The position numbers and the translations under genes were made by a program. The notes below the pieces were generated by a model. The model was not told the origin of the DNA and searched no databases. It saw nothing but the letters and a program-made list of their open reading frames with translations. Below are positions 63,086-64,000 of a stretch of 64,000 nt of DNA, in pieces (position 1 is the stretch's first letter; each line of letters starts with the position of its first letter). Source of the DNA: Octopus sinensis (lineage: Eukaryota); NCBI RefSeq assembly GCF_006345805.1, contig NC_043002.1, positions 38,254,001 through 38,318,000 of the forward strand. The letters are read 5' to 3'.

Positions 63086-64000
63086 AATGCCAGAATACGT
63101 TTCCAACAACCCTTTCCTAAAAATAATAAAATCAAAGCAACACTCAAACATAGGTTCACACCCATCTAAAAAACAGAACCATCTCCTCTACCAAAAAAGA
63201 ATATAAGACCTAACCCTAGCTTCATAACTGCGCCCACCCCGCGAAGCAACAGCGGAGATTCCCCAACAACAAACAAAGAAATAAGAAATCACTACCCATA
63301 GGGTAGACATTACAACTCTTCCCTCATAAGGAGATACCAACGTAATTTTTATTCCAACAATCCACTTAACAACCACGCACAACAAACCTATACTACACGA
63401 AATAATTACTAACGACAGCCCACTAAAGCACCACATCCGAACATGGAATATAGGGACTTTCAATCCCTATCCAAGGACCCGCACCATAAATCACGACATC
63501 GGGGAACTTCACAACAACAGGGGGAAACTACATAACAGCTACCGTCCCAACCACGTCAATCCTTTTTTAGACCTAGTACACAGACACAGGGATACGAGAT
63601 AGCACCAGACCTACAGGAGAAACCAACATTGATAAAAGTCATCACGTTACCTCACAAAGGACTAACACCTTAACAAATCAACATATTCTCCAAACGGCTC
63701 AAATTTACACACTCCCCCCAACGTCCTAACCACAGCGAAATGAAAGATTTTGCAGTATTCTCTAGAAAATTCCGACTCGTCGAAGAACTGTACGACAAAT
63801 ACAAAGCGGACGAATTTTTAACCAGAAATAGGTAAGAACAAAATTCTTGACCTTTTCTGTGAACACATCACGAATTACCCATATCAAAACATACACAGAC
63901 AAAAAATACAACCCAAACTTCAGCAAAACAGAATGGGCTGAGCTGAACAGATTAAAGGATGGTAAGACAATAACAAACAAAGAGGCTGAGAAAGGGAGTG
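63086..64000 (+). pseudogene. Penelope-like ORF N-terminal / pre-RT region (runs off the window)
   Basis: Long, mostly in-frame P/N/T/Q-rich stretch with scattered stops, then IFSKRLKFT...FSRKFRLVE...NFSKTEWAELNRLKDGKTITNKEAEKGS, matching the PLE NLS..E..AL..L....I.IK.ADKG motif. Confidence 0.8.

Overview
Eukaryotic, AT-rich, microsatellite-dense genomic DNA. I infer cephalopod (Octopus-like) origin from recalled tRNA-SINE families and the (TA)/(CA)/(GATA) load. No complete protein-coding gene, tRNA, rRNA or CRISPR array is supported, and almost all ORF-track entries are microsatellite or repeat artefacts. The window is dominated by mobile-element relics: an internally deleted Ty3/Gypsy element with both LTRs, mariner and Tc1-like transposase remnants, mariner-type MITEs, a probable Chapaev/CMC transposase fragment, RTE and CR1-like LINE 3' ends, many tRNA-derived SINEs, and three Penelope-like element (PLE) coding relics (two GIY-YIG regions, one RT region). 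The main unexpected signal is a set of non-coding repeat families that carry type I hammerhead ribozyme (HHR) motifs with palindromic stem III. They comprise a young 559-bp tandem array with one HHR per unit that is capped by an inverted partial copy, a tRNA-headed SINE-like element followed by an HHR (also present as a fold-back), and families with variant cores (CUGUNGA, CCGANGA). Together with the PLE RT/endonuclease relics, this suggests a PLE-driven set of non-autonomous ribozyme retroelements (retrozyme-like). A few weak plus-strand exon candidates and a CpG-rich promoter-like patch hint at a host transcript but are unproven. All alignments, translations and counts were done by eye.
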